In this document: positions 45,638 to 55,874 of the stretch, in pieces
How positions within the stretch are numbered: the stretch's first letter is position 1
Layout of the letters: each line of letters opens with the position of its first letter
Assembly: GCA_024655825.1 (NCBI GenBank)
Contig: JANLFJ010000008.1
Span: forward strand, 8,185 to 72,184
Origin: Peptococcaceae bacterium
GTDB lineage: Bacteria > Bacillota > Peptococcia > DRI-13 > PHAD01
Length of the DNA stretch: 64,000 nucleotides
Reading direction: 5' to 3'
Notes under the pieces: generated by a model
What the model was told of the DNA's origin: nothing
Seen by the model: only the letters and a program-made list of their open reading frames with translations
The model's database searches: none
Made by a program: the position numbers and the translations under genes

Positions 45638-46536
45638 GGCGCGTACTCCAGGGCTGTTTTTAGGTTTTCCAAATTTTTTCTCATTATGCTGAAATAGTCT
45701 TCCCCTGACCGGATCTCTTTTTCCGTTAAACTCCCCAGGGGGTGGAGGACAAGGGTGCGCGCGTTTATTTCCCGGGCAATTGTTTCGGAGACTTTAGGGC
45801 TGGCGAGAGATTCAAAAAAAATGCAGGATATGCCGTTTGTTTTAGCCAGTTCGATAAGCTCGCGGAGCTTGCCGGGAGTGGGCTCCGCCTCGGCGCTCAG
45901 GCCCATAACCGGTATTTGGACCAGACCGAAGTCCCTGGCCAGGTAGGCGAAGGCGGCATGAGAGACTATGATTTGGTTTTTTTTGCATTTTGACAGGGCT
46001 TCCCGGTATTCCTGCTCCAGTGTTTGCAGTTCCTTTCTGAAAACCTCGTAATTTGCTTCATACGCCTTTTTGTTAGCGGGGTCAACCAGGATAAGTGCTT
46101 CAAGGATCGTTTTTCCTTGGTTCTCAGCGTTGATGGGTGAAAGCCAGGTATGGGGGTCGTTTTCTAGTAAATCAAGGCCTTGGCTGGCGTTGACCATTAA
46201 AGGGGCGTTTCCCTGTACGGCCTGTTTCAGCTTCTCCAGGTAAGGTTCCATGCCGGCCCCGTTGTATATGAAAATCCTGGAACGGGCAAGCTCCGCCACG
46301 AGCCTGGCGGATGGCTGAAACGAATGGGGCTCCGCGCCGGGAGGGGTTATGTTTATTACGTTTATTCCCGGCCCGCCAATCCTTTTGGTAAAATCATAAA
46401 GCGGGTAAATGCTCGTGTAAACTTTCAACTGCTGCCCGGCTGGCTGGGCTTCGCCGGGGACTAGATCCTGTCTGCAGCCTGCGGCCAGGACAACAGCCAG
46501 GGTAAGGCATAAGTAAAAAACGCGGGCTCTTTTCAT
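45634..46536 (-). CDS. znuA: Metal (Zn/Mn) ABC substrate-binding lipoprotein, TroA/ZnuA family
   Basis: Lipobox LAAGC. Cluster-9 SBP pattern (EPHSF, DPHTWLSP). Confidence 0.85.
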   Translation of the reverse strand: MKRARVFYLCLTLAVVLAAGCRQDLVPGEAQPAGQQLKVYTSIYPLYDFTKRIGGPGINVINITPPGAEPHSFQPSARLVAELARSRIFIYNGAGMEPYLEKLKQAVQGNAPLMVNASQGLDLLENDPHTWLSPINAENQGKTILEALILVDPANKKAYEANYEVFRKELQTLEQEYREALSKCKKNQIIVSHAAFAYLARDFGLVQIPVMGLSAEAEPTPGKLRELIELAKTNGISCIFFESLASPKVSETIAREINARTLVLHPLGSLTEKEIRSGEDYFSIMRKNLENLKTALEYAP

Positions 46537-46554
46537 CGGCCGGGCACCTCTTTA

Positions 46555-46579
46555 AATGCAAAGGATTATCATTTGCATT
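46555..46579. promoter_or_regulatory. Candidate Zur/Fur-type operator upstream of znuA
   Basis: Perfect 8-bp inverted repeat AATGCAAA-N9-TTTGCATT in the AT-rich znuA upstream region. Confidence 0.45.
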
Positions 46580-46695
46580 ATCTATTATATGCAAGTATTG
46601 CTAAAATTATCAAGACATGAGCAAAAAAAATACGGCGGTGACGTGGCACGCCGCTGTATGAGCCTAATATATGAGGTTCAGTTATTGCCCTGATT

Positions 46696-47826
46696 TCATT
46701 TTATATAACCCGTGGGATTTTGTGGTTCTCCGTTTTTCCTCACTTCGAAATGAAGGTGCGGGCCGGTGCTCCAGCCAGTCGTCCCGACCCTGGCAATGGC
46801 CTGGCCTTTTTTTACAAAGTCGCCCGCATCGACGAGCGAAGCTGAGGTGTGGGCGTACATGGTCACAATGCCGCCGCCGTGGTTAATCATAACCACCCGG
46901 CCGTACGCCCCGCGCCAGCCGACCTCGATCACGCGCCCGTGGTCCGCGGCCACGATGGCGGCGCCGTAAGGCGCCCCGATGTCAACCCCCGTATGAAAAC
47001 GGTTGGATTTCAGGATTGGATGGCGCCGCCAGCCAAAGGGCGAGGTTATCTGCTTGTAGCCGGGCGTCGGCCAGGCAAAAACCCCGGTCCCCATGTATGC
47101 GGCGTTGGAGTCAAGCTTGCTCAGCTCCAGCGCGATCCTGGCCGATTCCTGTTCAAGGTCGTCCAGGGCCGCCTCAATTTCTTTTCTTTCCGAGGCTATG
47201 TCCCTGTATATTTCGCTTTGGCGGGAACTGGCCATTTTCAATTCCTGCCGTTGTTCGTTCTGGTCATTAAGCAGTTTGAACAGGGATTCTTTTTTTACCA
47301 GGACCTGCTGGCGTTTTTCCCGGTACTTGCCGATTTCCGCTTTGACGTCGTCAATCAGGGCCATATCCTGTTCGGCTAGGCGGCTAACCAGGTCCCAGCG
47401 GGTCAAGAAATCGGTGAAACTGGTGGAACTGAGCAGGACTTCGAGGATGTGGACGTTGCCCTGTTCGTAAATGGTATTAAGCCGGTTGCTCAGCGCCTGC
47501 GTTTTTGCGGCCAGGTTGTTTTCGGACTTCTGGAGCTCGCTTTCCAGTTCCCGGAGATTCTTTTCGGTTGTACTGAGATTCTTTTCGGTGGTTCTAAGTT
47601 TTTTTTCAATGCTGGAGAGCGTATTGTTCAGTTTGCGCAGTTCCTGGAGGGCCTTGCTCTCTTCAATTTTTTTCTGCTGCAAGTCCTGCTGGACTTGCTG
47701 GATCTGCTGCTCGATCTCTTCCTGCCGTTTTTTGAGGTCGGTTTCTGACGCCATCCCCACAGAAGACAGTCCAAGGGCAAAAAAAGCGATAATAATCAGA
47801 GAAACCAGTTTTTCCATTCTTTTCAT
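46696..47826 (-). CDS. M23-family metallopeptidase with an N-terminal coiled coil (EnvC-like)
   Basis: HTGVDI and HLHFEV zinc motifs. Signal/TM segment LVSLIIIAFFALGL. Long Q/E/K/L-rich coiled coil. The start is uncertain; the track extends to a TTG at 47871. Confidence 0.8.
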   Translation of the reverse strand: MKRMEKLVSLIIIAFFALGLSSVGMASETDLKKRQEEIEQQIQQVQQDLQQKKIEESKALQELRKLNNTLSSIEKKLRTTEKNLSTTEKNLRELESELQKSENNLAAKTQALSNRLNTIYEQGNVHILEVLLSSTSFTDFLTRWDLVSRLAEQDMALIDDVKAEIGKYREKRQQVLVKKESLFKLLNDQNEQRQELKMASSRQSEIYRDIASERKEIEAALDDLEQESARIALELSKLDSNAAYMGTGVFAWPTPGYKQITSPFGWRRHPILKSNRFHTGVDIGAPYGAAIVAADHGRVIEVGWRGAYGRVVMINHGGGIVTMYAHTSASLVDAGDFVKKGQAIARVGTTGWSTGPHLHFEVRKNGEPQNPTGYIK

Positions 47827-47983
47827 GCTTTTATGCCTGTCCCCCTTTCTGTCACTAACTGGTTTCGACAAGAAAAAGGGGATTCCTGCCTGAAAATGAC
47901 GTTTTTATGCTGGAAATATATGACTGCAAAGAATGGCAAAAGTTCAAACCGGTAGAAAAGTGGTAAGATTTGACCGCGCACCT

Positions 47984-49996
47984 TTACCGGGCACGCATGC
48001 TTCGTATGAACCTTACCAGGTAACCCGTTTTTCCAAGCCAGGCCAGGAACAAGATGATCAGCACGGCCAGCAGGTTGTAACCGTAGGCGAACCAGAGCGA
48101 TTTCAACCGTATTTCGGCTGCGGACATGTGGTATGTTTCGGCCAGCGCCTGCGTCCATTCCTTGCCCTGGCCGACTGCTGCCAGGAGAGCGGCGAACTGC
48201 CGGGGATTATTGTCGTTAAGGTATTTGAGGGTGAGAACATACGGGCCCCTGCCCAGCAGCAGCCCGTCGCCAAGGTCCTCCAGCTGGCCGCGCGGCAAAT
48301 TGTTCCACCCGGAACCATACCAGAAAGAAAGAAAATAACGGTGAACGTGGATTTTGGTTTCATCCGGAGAAAAGGGCGCTGGCGTATAAAGAAGAAAGAG
48401 CGGGCCCTGGTAATCTCCCGTAAACTGGTGGGGTTTTCCCAGAAATATGAAATAGGGACTTTGGCCTTCGAGCGGGACGAACCCGGCCTCTTTGGCCATT
48501 TTCAAGTAGCTTTTGAACCATTTGAAGACCTTGTCGTATTCTTCTTGGGAATAGTCGCCAAGCACCAGCTTGGCTCCCGGCAGTGTATATGTGTCGCTGG
48601 GCACCAGCCTGTTAAGGTAAAAAGTCTCCTTCCAATCCGAGGCGGTCTCCTGGCCTGCGCTGTCAATGGCAATGAACTGGTAGTAAAGTCGCTGCATGGG
48701 TTTGTCCGCGGGAATAAAACAAGAAATCTTATGGTTGTAGCAAAAAGGGATAATTTCAAAGGGCTTTTCCTCCACCGGGCCTTCTTCCCAGCGGCAGCGA
48801 AGCGCGATCTTTCGAACATCTCCATCCCTGTCTGAAACGGCGCCCTTCACCAGAAGGCCGTCTTTCCCTTCCTCGACGGTCGCAGCCAGGGCAGCAACTT
48901 CAGGAGGGGAGCTTTTTACCCGGCTTGGCGGAAGCTGGTTTGCCAGCCAGCGCTGCAGCAGGGGGTGGACCTGAAGCTCCCGGACCTGGTTGTAAAGGCC
49001 GGCCAGTTTTCCGACCTGGCTGGCGTATTCTTTTCCCAGGTGCCAGTAAATGAAAGGAGAGGCACCTTCATTGTCGGCCAGTTCTTTCCAGATGGACAGC
49101 GCTTCATCTCTTTTACCCGCCTTTTCCAGGTAATAAGCCTGCCCTGTCCAAAGGGGAACCTTGCTTTCTCTGGGCGCTTTTTCCCGGCAAGCGGCAAAAA
49201 GACCCGCGGCGACAAGATAATCACGTTCCTGCAGGTAATGTTCCAGCTGCGTTTTTTCCACTTCCCCAAGGTGCTTTTCCCAGGATTCTTTTTCTGTTTC
49301 AATATCCGCCGCGACAAGCAGCTCTTTGCCTTCCGGCGACTGTTCCCATGACCAGGACAGGCTGTCGGCGGTTATTGAGAATTCCTCCGGTTGCACTTCT
49401 TTGATTAAGCCGGGGTTGATTTCTTTCATTTTCAGGGTAACGCGGTTTCTGGCAGCATCTTTCGCCCACATGTTCCTGGCAGGCCAGCGGAAACCGGTTG
49501 CCAGCAAACCTTCTGCTGTATGCACGCAGTTCATCGCATATTCCAGGTTCATGACTGCGCTTTGTTCCGGCTGGAAAAGAACCGACCAGGTAAGCGACTG
49601 CTGCTTGCTGTTGTACCGGATTTTTGCTTCTTCACCGTTAATTAAGACTTTGAAGAGGAAACTGGTTTCCCCGGATGGCTGCTTGGACCGGGAGCCAGCG
49701 CTGCCGTCAACGGGCAGGACGACAAGCGACCGGGCAGGAAACGACAGGGTGAGGCGAACGATTTTTTTCGCCGGATTTACAAGGTAGTAAGTGCTCGTCA
49801 CTTCAGTCTTTTCTTCGTACCAGTTCAGTACCGTCTGGACCTCATCCACCCGGGCCGGTGTCCTGGCCAGTGGTTGGGGGTCCGTGGGGAGAGCAAAACC
49901 AGCCGCGGCCGGCGCGGCTTCCACCGGCCGGGCGGCAAAGGCAAAGCAGAATACCAGTATTAATAATAAGGCCGAAGCGGTTCCCAGCTTTTTCAT
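47984..49996 (-). CDS. Large secreted, C-terminally membrane-anchored hypothetical protein
   Basis: Start at MKKLGTASALLLILVFCFAFAARPVEA after GGGAGGA. C-terminal TM helix followed by a basic tail. Confidence 0.6.
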   Translation of the reverse strand: MKKLGTASALLLILVFCFAFAARPVEAAPAAAGFALPTDPQPLARTPARVDEVQTVLNWYEEKTEVTSTYYLVNPAKKIVRLTLSFPARSLVVLPVDGSAGSRSKQPSGETSFLFKVLINGEEAKIRYNSKQQSLTWSVLFQPEQSAVMNLEYAMNCVHTAEGLLATGFRWPARNMWAKDAARNRVTLKMKEINPGLIKEVQPEEFSITADSLSWSWEQSPEGKELLVAADIETEKESWEKHLGEVEKTQLEHYLQERDYLVAAGLFAACREKAPRESKVPLWTGQAYYLEKAGKRDEALSIWKELADNEGASPFIYWHLGKEYASQVGKLAGLYNQVRELQVHPLLQRWLANQLPPSRVKSSPPEVAALAATVEEGKDGLLVKGAVSDRDGDVRKIALRCRWEEGPVEEKPFEIIPFCYNHKISCFIPADKPMQRLYYQFIAIDSAGQETASDWKETFYLNRLVPSDTYTLPGAKLVLGDYSQEEYDKVFKWFKSYLKMAKEAGFVPLEGQSPYFIFLGKPHQFTGDYQGPLFLLYTPAPFSPDETKIHVHRYFLSFWYGSGWNNLPRGQLEDLGDGLLLGRGPYVLTLKYLNDNNPRQFAALLAAVGQGKEWTQALAETYHMSAAEIRLKSLWFAYGYNLLAVLIILFLAWLGKTGYLVRFIRSMRAR

Positions 49997-50215
49997 ATCC
50001 AGTCCTCCCTGCAACAAGCATATTCTATAGTAAAACTCGTCTTTGGTAAATAGCGGGTCATTTTTATTCTTTATATAAAACAACAAGAAGAGAAAGAAAT
50101 AAAATATAGCATTTGTGTTTTTTTGTTATTATAATAGATTACAATAACAAAAGAACACGGTTTTGCGGTTAATTATTGGATATTAATCAGGGTAGAGATA
50201 ATGGGAGGACGCCAA

Positions 50216-51589
50216 ATGACAGAAAAGATGGAAAAAGCAATCCAGGCGGAGTGGAAGGTTATTCTATACAGGAGTGTGGTTAATGATCCGCTGGTCGTCA
50301 AATTTTTATCGCTGTTGAAGGAAACGGCAAAACCGCAACCCGATCCCTCAAGAGCCCTTGCTTTGTACAACGATTTTACAGCCTCGTTTATTCCCGCGGC
50401 TGCCGAGGTCTCGACAGGCGGCAGGTTCGCCTGGCCGAACTACCTGTTAAAGTTGATCCTGCTTGATGAAAACATATTCAGCCGCCAGGCGGAGAGGTTC
50501 AGGCTGCGCGACATACCCCCGCAGGTTAAAAGAATGGCCGAACAGGACCTGCAGTACTTGCAGTCCGTTTCCCAGGTCTCCGGCTCCCTGATCAGGGAGG
50601 TCTTAGCCGGTAAAATAGGCCGGGGCTTTGATGTCCAAAATCTCCCCGACTGGGAAGGAGTATACCTCAACGGCAAAAAGGAAACAGGCGGGGAGAGGAG
50701 AAACAGGGTGATCAGGCGGATCCACAGGCTGGACAGTTGGAGGAAGGCCTTGAAGCTGCTTGGCGATTATTACCGGGAAAACGGTGTGGGAATCTTCGGC
50801 CAGCACTACGCTTTCCGCTGGGTACACAAGAATGGCGACGGGATGCTGGTGGGGGTAAAAAACCCCGATACCATCCAGCTGAACCAGCTGTACGAGTACG
50901 AGAGGGAGCAGAGCAGGATTATCCAGAACACGGAACAATTTCTCCGGGGCTACCCGGCCAACAATGTCCTGCTTTACGGCGACAGGGGGACGGGAAAATC
51001 ATCGACCGTCAAGGCTCTGGTCAATCTCTACGGGGAAAGGGGATTGCGGCTTATTGAGGTTCAGAAGCAGGACCTGGCCGATTTTCCTCTGGTGATCTCT
51101 TTGTTGGCCGAGCGCCCGCAGAGGTTCATCCTTTTTGTGGACGACCTGTCTTTCACGGAACAGGAGGGGCAGTACCGCGAACTGAAAGCCCTGCTGGAAG
51201 GAGGGTTGGAAGCCCGCCCCCAAAACGTGCTGGTTTATGCAACTTCCAACCGGCGTCACCTGGTGCAGGAGAGGTTTTCCGACAGGGAAATCACCGGGTA
51301 CGATAAGGAACAGGACGATGTCAGGTACATGGACACCATGCAGGAAAAACTCTCGCTGGCGGACCGTTTCGGCATCACCGTCACCTTTGCCGCGCCTGAC
51401 CAGAAACGCTACTTGGCTATCGTGGAAAAAATGGCCAGGGAAAGGGGCATTGACATCCCGGTGGAGGAGTTACACCAGAGAGCGCTGAAGTGGGAGATGA
51501 GCTTCAATGCCCGCTCTGCCCGGACCGCGCGCCAGTTTGTCGATTTTTTGGAAGGGCAGTTGGCCCTGGAAGCCGATCCAGGCGCTTGA
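50216..51589 (+). CDS. DUF815-family AAA-type ATPase
   Basis: Walker A GDRGTGKSS and Walker B ILFVDDLSF. ATG after GGGAGGA. Confidence 0.8.
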   Translation: MTEKMEKAIQAEWKVILYRSVVNDPLVVKFLSLLKETAKPQPDPSRALALYNDFTASFIPAAAEVSTGGRFAWPNYLLKLILLDENIFSRQAERFRLRDIPPQVKRMAEQDLQYLQSVSQVSGSLIREVLAGKIGRGFDVQNLPDWEGVYLNGKKETGGERRNRVIRRIHRLDSWRKALKLLGDYYRENGVGIFGQHYAFRWVHKNGDGMLVGVKNPDTIQLNQLYEYEREQSRIIQNTEQFLRGYPANNVLLYGDRGTGKSSTVKALVNLYGERGLRLIEVQKQDLADFPLVISLLAERPQRFILFVDDLSFTEQEGQYRELKALLEGGLEARPQNVLVYATSNRRHLVQERFSDREITGYDKEQDDVRYMDTMQEKLSLADRFGITVTFAAPDQKRYLAIVEKMARERGIDIPVEELHQRALKWEMSFNARSARTARQFVDFLEGQLALEADPGA

Positions 51590-51614
51590 ATTTCAATATT
51601 TGCCGGGAGAACGA

Positions 51615-51659
51615 AAACCCCTGAAAGAGGCTTTTAGGCAGCCTGTTTTTCAGGGGTTT
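51615..51659. terminator. Bidirectional terminator between convergent genes
   Basis: 12-bp stem AAACCCCTGAAA/TTTCAGGGGTTT flanked by A and T tracts. Confidence 0.7.
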
Positions 51660-51702
51660 ATTTGTTTCTTTACGGCTTGAACCGTTTAGATTAGTAGACC
51701 AG

Positions 51703-53586
51703 TCATTCGGCTGCTTTGACGGCCACGGGCCTGCCCTGCAGGTAAGCCCAGAGGAGCCCTGCTGCGGCTATCCCCAGCCCTGCCAGTTGGAACTGCAAAG
51801 AGGGATAAACCAGGAGCAGGCCGGAGGCGAGGAGCACGGCCCTGCCGGGAAGGTTGATGTGCCCCCTGAAACAGCCGACCAGCGCGATGGAAAGCACAAA
51901 GATGGCCGCCGAAGTTAAGGCGAAGGCCTGGAGTGTTTCCGCGGCTGTTCCCTGCCAGAGCAAGGCCGGCTGGTAGACGAAGACAAACGGCACAACAAAG
52001 CCTGAAATCGCCAGCTTGAAGGCCTCAAGTCCCGTAACCATCATTTCCGATCCGGAGAGCGTTGCCGCCGCAAAAGCGGTCACGCACACCGGCGGCGTCA
52101 GGTCGGAGAATACGGCGTAGTAAAAGACGAAGAGGTGCGCGACGATGAGCGGGACGCCGAACTCACCGAGGGCGGAAGCGCCGATGGTCACGGCGATGAT
52201 GTAGGCGGCGGTGGTGGGGATCCCGGCTCCCAGGAGAGCGACGGCCACGAAGACCATCAAGAGGACGAGGAAGAGAATGCCGCCGGAGAAGTGGATCACC
52301 ATGCTGCTGAAGGAAAGAGCGGCGCCGGTGCGGGTCATGCAGGTGACGATGATCCCCGCGCTGGCCAGGGCCACGGCGATCTGGGCGGCGGTGACGGCGC
52401 TTTCCGACAAGGACTCCCACAGGGACTTAAAATTGAAGCGCACTCTTGGGTTGATGACCCCCAGGACGGCGGTGAGCAATACCACGTAAAAAGCAGACTT
52501 GGTCGGCGAATAGCCGGCGATGAGGAGGTAGGCGATCAGGAGAAAAGGCACCACCATGTAGCTCCGGCTCAAGATTGAGCGCCAGTCGGGCTTTTCCCGG
52601 TCCGGGTCAGGCTGCAGGTTCAATCTCACGGCCTCGAAGTGGACCATCGTTAAAACGCCTAAGTAGTAGAGGACTGCGGGCAGGAAGGCGATTTTGATAA
52701 TCTGGGAGTACGGCACCGCCGTCAGTTCCGACATGACGAAGGCCCCCACGCCCATGATGGGCGGCATGATCTGCCCGCCGGTGGAGGCTGCGGCTTCGAT
52801 GGCGGCCGCTGTTTTCGGCCTGTAGCCGATTTTTTTCATCATGGGGATGGTTACGCTGCCGGTGGCGTAGACGTTGGCCACCGTACTGCCGCTCACGGTG
52901 CCGTAAAGGGCGCTGGCCAGCACGGCTATTTTGGCGGGACCGCCTCTTAGGCCGCCGGCCAGGGCGTGAGCCAGTTCGATCAGGTAGTCGCCGACGCCGC
53001 AGCGGATCATGAATACGGCGAAGACGACATAAATGTAAAGCACGTTGGCGGAAAGGCCGGTTAAGAAGCCGTACATCCCTTCGTCTACGAAGAGGTACAT
53101 CATTTCAATGATGCGTTCGAACGAGTATGACTTGAAATGAAGGATGCCGGGCAGGTACTGGGCGAAGGCCAGGTATGTTAAAAAGATGACGGGCATGAGG
53201 GCAAACCACTTGGAAATGAGCCGGCGGCATGATTCTATGGCCAGCAGCACCATGATGGTTCCGAAGATGACTTCAGCCGGCAGGACTTCCGTAACCCCCT
53301 GGTAACGGAAATTGATCCGCTCGGCGTTCAGGTAGCTGTAAGCGCTGCCGGCAAAGGCAGCCGCGGCGAGCAGCCAATCGTACCAGGGGATTTTGTTCGC
53401 GGGCGATTTTTTGGTGGCGGGGTACAGGAAAAAGACAAGCGGTATCAAAAACAAGAGGTGGAGGGATCGCATTTCCCTGGGTTCAAGGACTCCGAACCCC
53501 GAAGTGTATAAATGAAACAATGTGGCAATTACTGCGTACAGTGTGACGGCTATTCCTGCAGGACCTTTGAGTTGGCGCGTGTTCAT
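51703..53586 (-). CDS. TRAP transporter fused permease (TAXI-type system)
   Basis: 627 aa and highly hydrophobic (fused DctQ/DctM-like). Adjacent to the TAXI receptor gene. Confidence 0.85.
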   Translation of the reverse strand: MNTRQLKGPAGIAVTLYAVIATLFHLYTSGFGVLEPREMRSLHLLFLIPLVFFLYPATKKSPANKIPWYDWLLAAAAFAGSAYSYLNAERINFRYQGVTEVLPAEVIFGTIMVLLAIESCRRLISKWFALMPVIFLTYLAFAQYLPGILHFKSYSFERIIEMMYLFVDEGMYGFLTGLSANVLYIYVVFAVFMIRCGVGDYLIELAHALAGGLRGGPAKIAVLASALYGTVSGSTVANVYATGSVTIPMMKKIGYRPKTAAAIEAAASTGGQIMPPIMGVGAFVMSELTAVPYSQIIKIAFLPAVLYYLGVLTMVHFEAVRLNLQPDPDREKPDWRSILSRSYMVVPFLLIAYLLIAGYSPTKSAFYVVLLTAVLGVINPRVRFNFKSLWESLSESAVTAAQIAVALASAGIIVTCMTRTGAALSFSSMVIHFSGGILFLVLLMVFVAVALLGAGIPTTAAYIIAVTIGASALGEFGVPLIVAHLFVFYYAVFSDLTPPVCVTAFAAATLSGSEMMVTGLEAFKLAISGFVVPFVFVYQPALLWQGTAAETLQAFALTSAAIFVLSIALVGCFRGHINLPGRAVLLASGLLLVYPSLQFQLAGLGIAAAGLLWAYLQGRPVAVKAAE

Positions 53587-53762
53587 AATGTACCTCCTCG
53601 CATTGCTGTAGAAATATATTTAAAACACCGGCTGTTTAATGCCAGCATATTTTTTCAAAAAATGTTTTCTCCTAAGACCCGCAGATTTCATACTTTTCAT
53701 TATGTATTATCATTTTAAAGAAGGCCCGGGACTTGCCCGGGCCCTTTACCGCTAGTTCCAGA

Positions 53763-54800
53763 TTACTTGATGTAGCCTTTTTCCTTGTAGTATTTTTCTG
53801 CGCCGGGATGGAGCGGGGCGCCGATCTTATCCCAGGCCTTGCTCGGATCAAACACCTTGAAAGCGGGATGGATGGCTTTTGTCTCCTCTAGGTTGTCGCA
53901 GATGGTCTTGGTGATGGTGTAAACGATGTCATCGGGCACGTTCTTGTTGACAATGACGCAGTTGCTCATCGTGGCGGTTTTGACATCCTTGTCGCCGTTG
54001 ACCGCTTTCGGGTAAGTGCCGGCGGGAATGACACCGCTGCCGAGATTGAACTTGCTTAAGGCCTGCAGGAGGTCATCGGGCCATTCCAGGATCCGCATCG
54101 GCCGGCCGATGGAGGCCTCGGTAACGGCTGCTCCGGGCAGGCCGAGGAAAGTAAAGTAGACATCGACGTTCTTGTCCTTGAACTGGGTGGCCTGGTCGGC
54201 GTATCCGGCATGGAATATCTTGGAACCGTTTGCTTTAAGTTTATCATATGATGTTCCGTAAAAAGCCATAACTTTTCTGAAGACCCATTCGTCGGAACTC
54301 CCGACGACGGATACGGTAATCCTGATCGGTTTCTTGCTGGTGAGGACGTCTTTAATGGTCTTGTAAGGGCTGTCATCTGCCACCAGGAAATGGAAGTAAC
54401 TGATGCCCAGGTCGGTGGCAATCCCGCGGACGTTGGTGTATTTTTCGGTGTAGGGGTCTTCACCGGCAGCGGCCGCAGCGACGAGGGGCGGGAGTCCCCA
54501 GCCGATTTCGCAGTCGCCCTTGTTAACCAGGGGTACGTTCTGAACCCCGCCGCCAGGGATGACTTTCAGGCTAATCCCCGTGTTCTTTTTGGTCATCAGT
54601 TCACCAAAACCGCCGGCCTGGGAATACCAGCCGCCGCCCATCGAACCGGCCGTCCAGGTGAGAGTTGTTGTTTTAGGCGCTTCTTTAGGCTTTTCCGCAG
54701 GCTTTTCAGCGGGTTTTTGCGCGCAGGCGGCCACAAACACCAGCAGCGCGATGCAAAGCAGGGCAATCCACATTAGATTTCGACGTTTCAATACATTCAC
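53763..54800 (-). CDS. TAXI-family TRAP transporter solute receptor
   Basis: Signal peptide/lipobox VAAC. Family-typical GGGWY and PLHPGAEKYYKE motifs. Confidence 0.85.
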   Translation of the reverse strand: MNVLKRRNLMWIALLCIALLVFVAACAQKPAEKPAEKPKEAPKTTTLTWTAGSMGGGWYSQAGGFGELMTKKNTGISLKVIPGGGVQNVPLVNKGDCEIGWGLPPLVAAAAAGEDPYTEKYTNVRGIATDLGISYFHFLVADDSPYKTIKDVLTSKKPIRITVSVVGSSDEWVFRKVMAFYGTSYDKLKANGSKIFHAGYADQATQFKDKNVDVYFTFLGLPGAAVTEASIGRPMRILEWPDDLLQALSKFNLGSGVIPAGTYPKAVNGDKDVKTATMSNCVIVNKNVPDDIVYTITKTICDNLEETKAIHPAFKVFDPSKAWDKIGAPLHPGAEKYYKEKGYIK

Positions 54801-55077
54801 CCTCCCCGAAAATGATGGATTTTCAAAAAGTCGCCTACAGTTTACGCTTTACTACTTTTCGTTTATCCTGGCACCCCACCTCCTTGAAGGTCAAGATAAT
54901 TATGAATCATTCAATTTATTAAAAACGCCCCGAGTATAGCTTAAACAGAGCCTAACCAGGAGCGTCGCTGCCCGAAAATCGGTTCGGGTCAGTGCTTGCT
55001 GCGGCTATAAAGGGTTTTTTCAATCGCTGCCCGGGCAAATGGGCGAGGGAGCTCCGCATGGCCTTATGCAATTCAAA

Positions 55078-55809
55078 TTAAGTGTTCAGGCAAGTTTTCC
55101 AGTACTTGTTGACATCCTCCACCAGGCTGTCGATGTGGGCGAGCATGGCCGCTTCCGCCTCGTCGGCGTCGCGCCTGCGAAGGGCGTCAAGAATGCGGCG
55201 GTGAGAAACCATGTACTCCGAATTGATTTTTTTCCTGATATATTCAAAAGCCTGGGACTGCTGGCCCATGATGGCCAGCTGGTAGTACATCAGTTCCAGA
55301 ATGGGGTTTCTCGAAGCGCGGGCGATGGCTTTGTGAAATTCCAGGTCGTGGAGAGTTATCGGCTTGTCTTCTTTGTAGCTGTTTTCCTGGAGAAAAAGGG
55401 TCTCTTCCATGGCGGCAATTTCGGTTGTGGTTATCCGCTGGGCGGCCAGCCTGGCCGTCCCCCTTTCCACCGTGCGGCGGGCTTCCAGCACGGCCAAAAA
55501 ATCCTCCAGGAGCTTGGGGTCGATGTATTTGTTGAGGTTGCTCTGGTAGAACTCCATGTTTTTTAACTGCTTGTTCAGTATAATAGCCCTGAGGCCCTTT
55601 TCGGTGATGACCCGGCCGCGGTATTTTTCCTTTTGCAGATAGCCAAGGCTTTCCAGTTTATTAAGTATCCTGCCTATTGTTGCGGAACTCGTTTCTATTT
55701 GTTCTTCAGCCAGCCGGTTTACAATGTGCCAGGAACCAATAGGGTCCGAAGCCTCGCTGATCATTTCCAGGATAAGGAGCTCTTTTTCGTCCAGGGTCTT
55801 TACATTCAT
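55078..55809 (-). CDS. FCD-domain (FadR C-terminal type) regulator with a non-GntR winged-helix N-terminus
   Basis: C-terminal FCD pattern (LEARRTVE...FHKAIARASRN...HRRILDALRRRD). The N-terminus lacks the GntR signature and looks like an HTH_12/NrpR-type wHTH. Confidence 0.7.
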   Translation of the reverse strand: MNVKTLDEKELLILEMISEASDPIGSWHIVNRLAEEQIETSSATIGRILNKLESLGYLQKEKYRGRVITEKGLRAIILNKQLKNMEFYQSNLNKYIDPKLLEDFLAVLEARRTVERGTARLAAQRITTTEIAAMEETLFLQENSYKEDKPITLHDLEFHKAIARASRNPILELMYYQLAIMGQQSQAFEYIRKKINSEYMVSHRRILDALRRRDADEAEAAMLAHIDSLVEDVNKYWKTCLNT

Positions 55810-55874
55810 TATCGAAAACCTCCAGGCGCGAAAAGGAATATGGATGTTTTGCCTTGCTGATTTGCATTAATGAT

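Noticed and set aside
47933-48835. 300-aa plus-strand ORF opposite the 670-aa secreted-protein gene; similar cases at 25162..25779, 22318..23049, 27660..28370 and 15035..15652
   Set aside because: These are shadow ORFs on the strand opposite better-supported genes, which have signal peptides, catalytic motifs or operon coupling.
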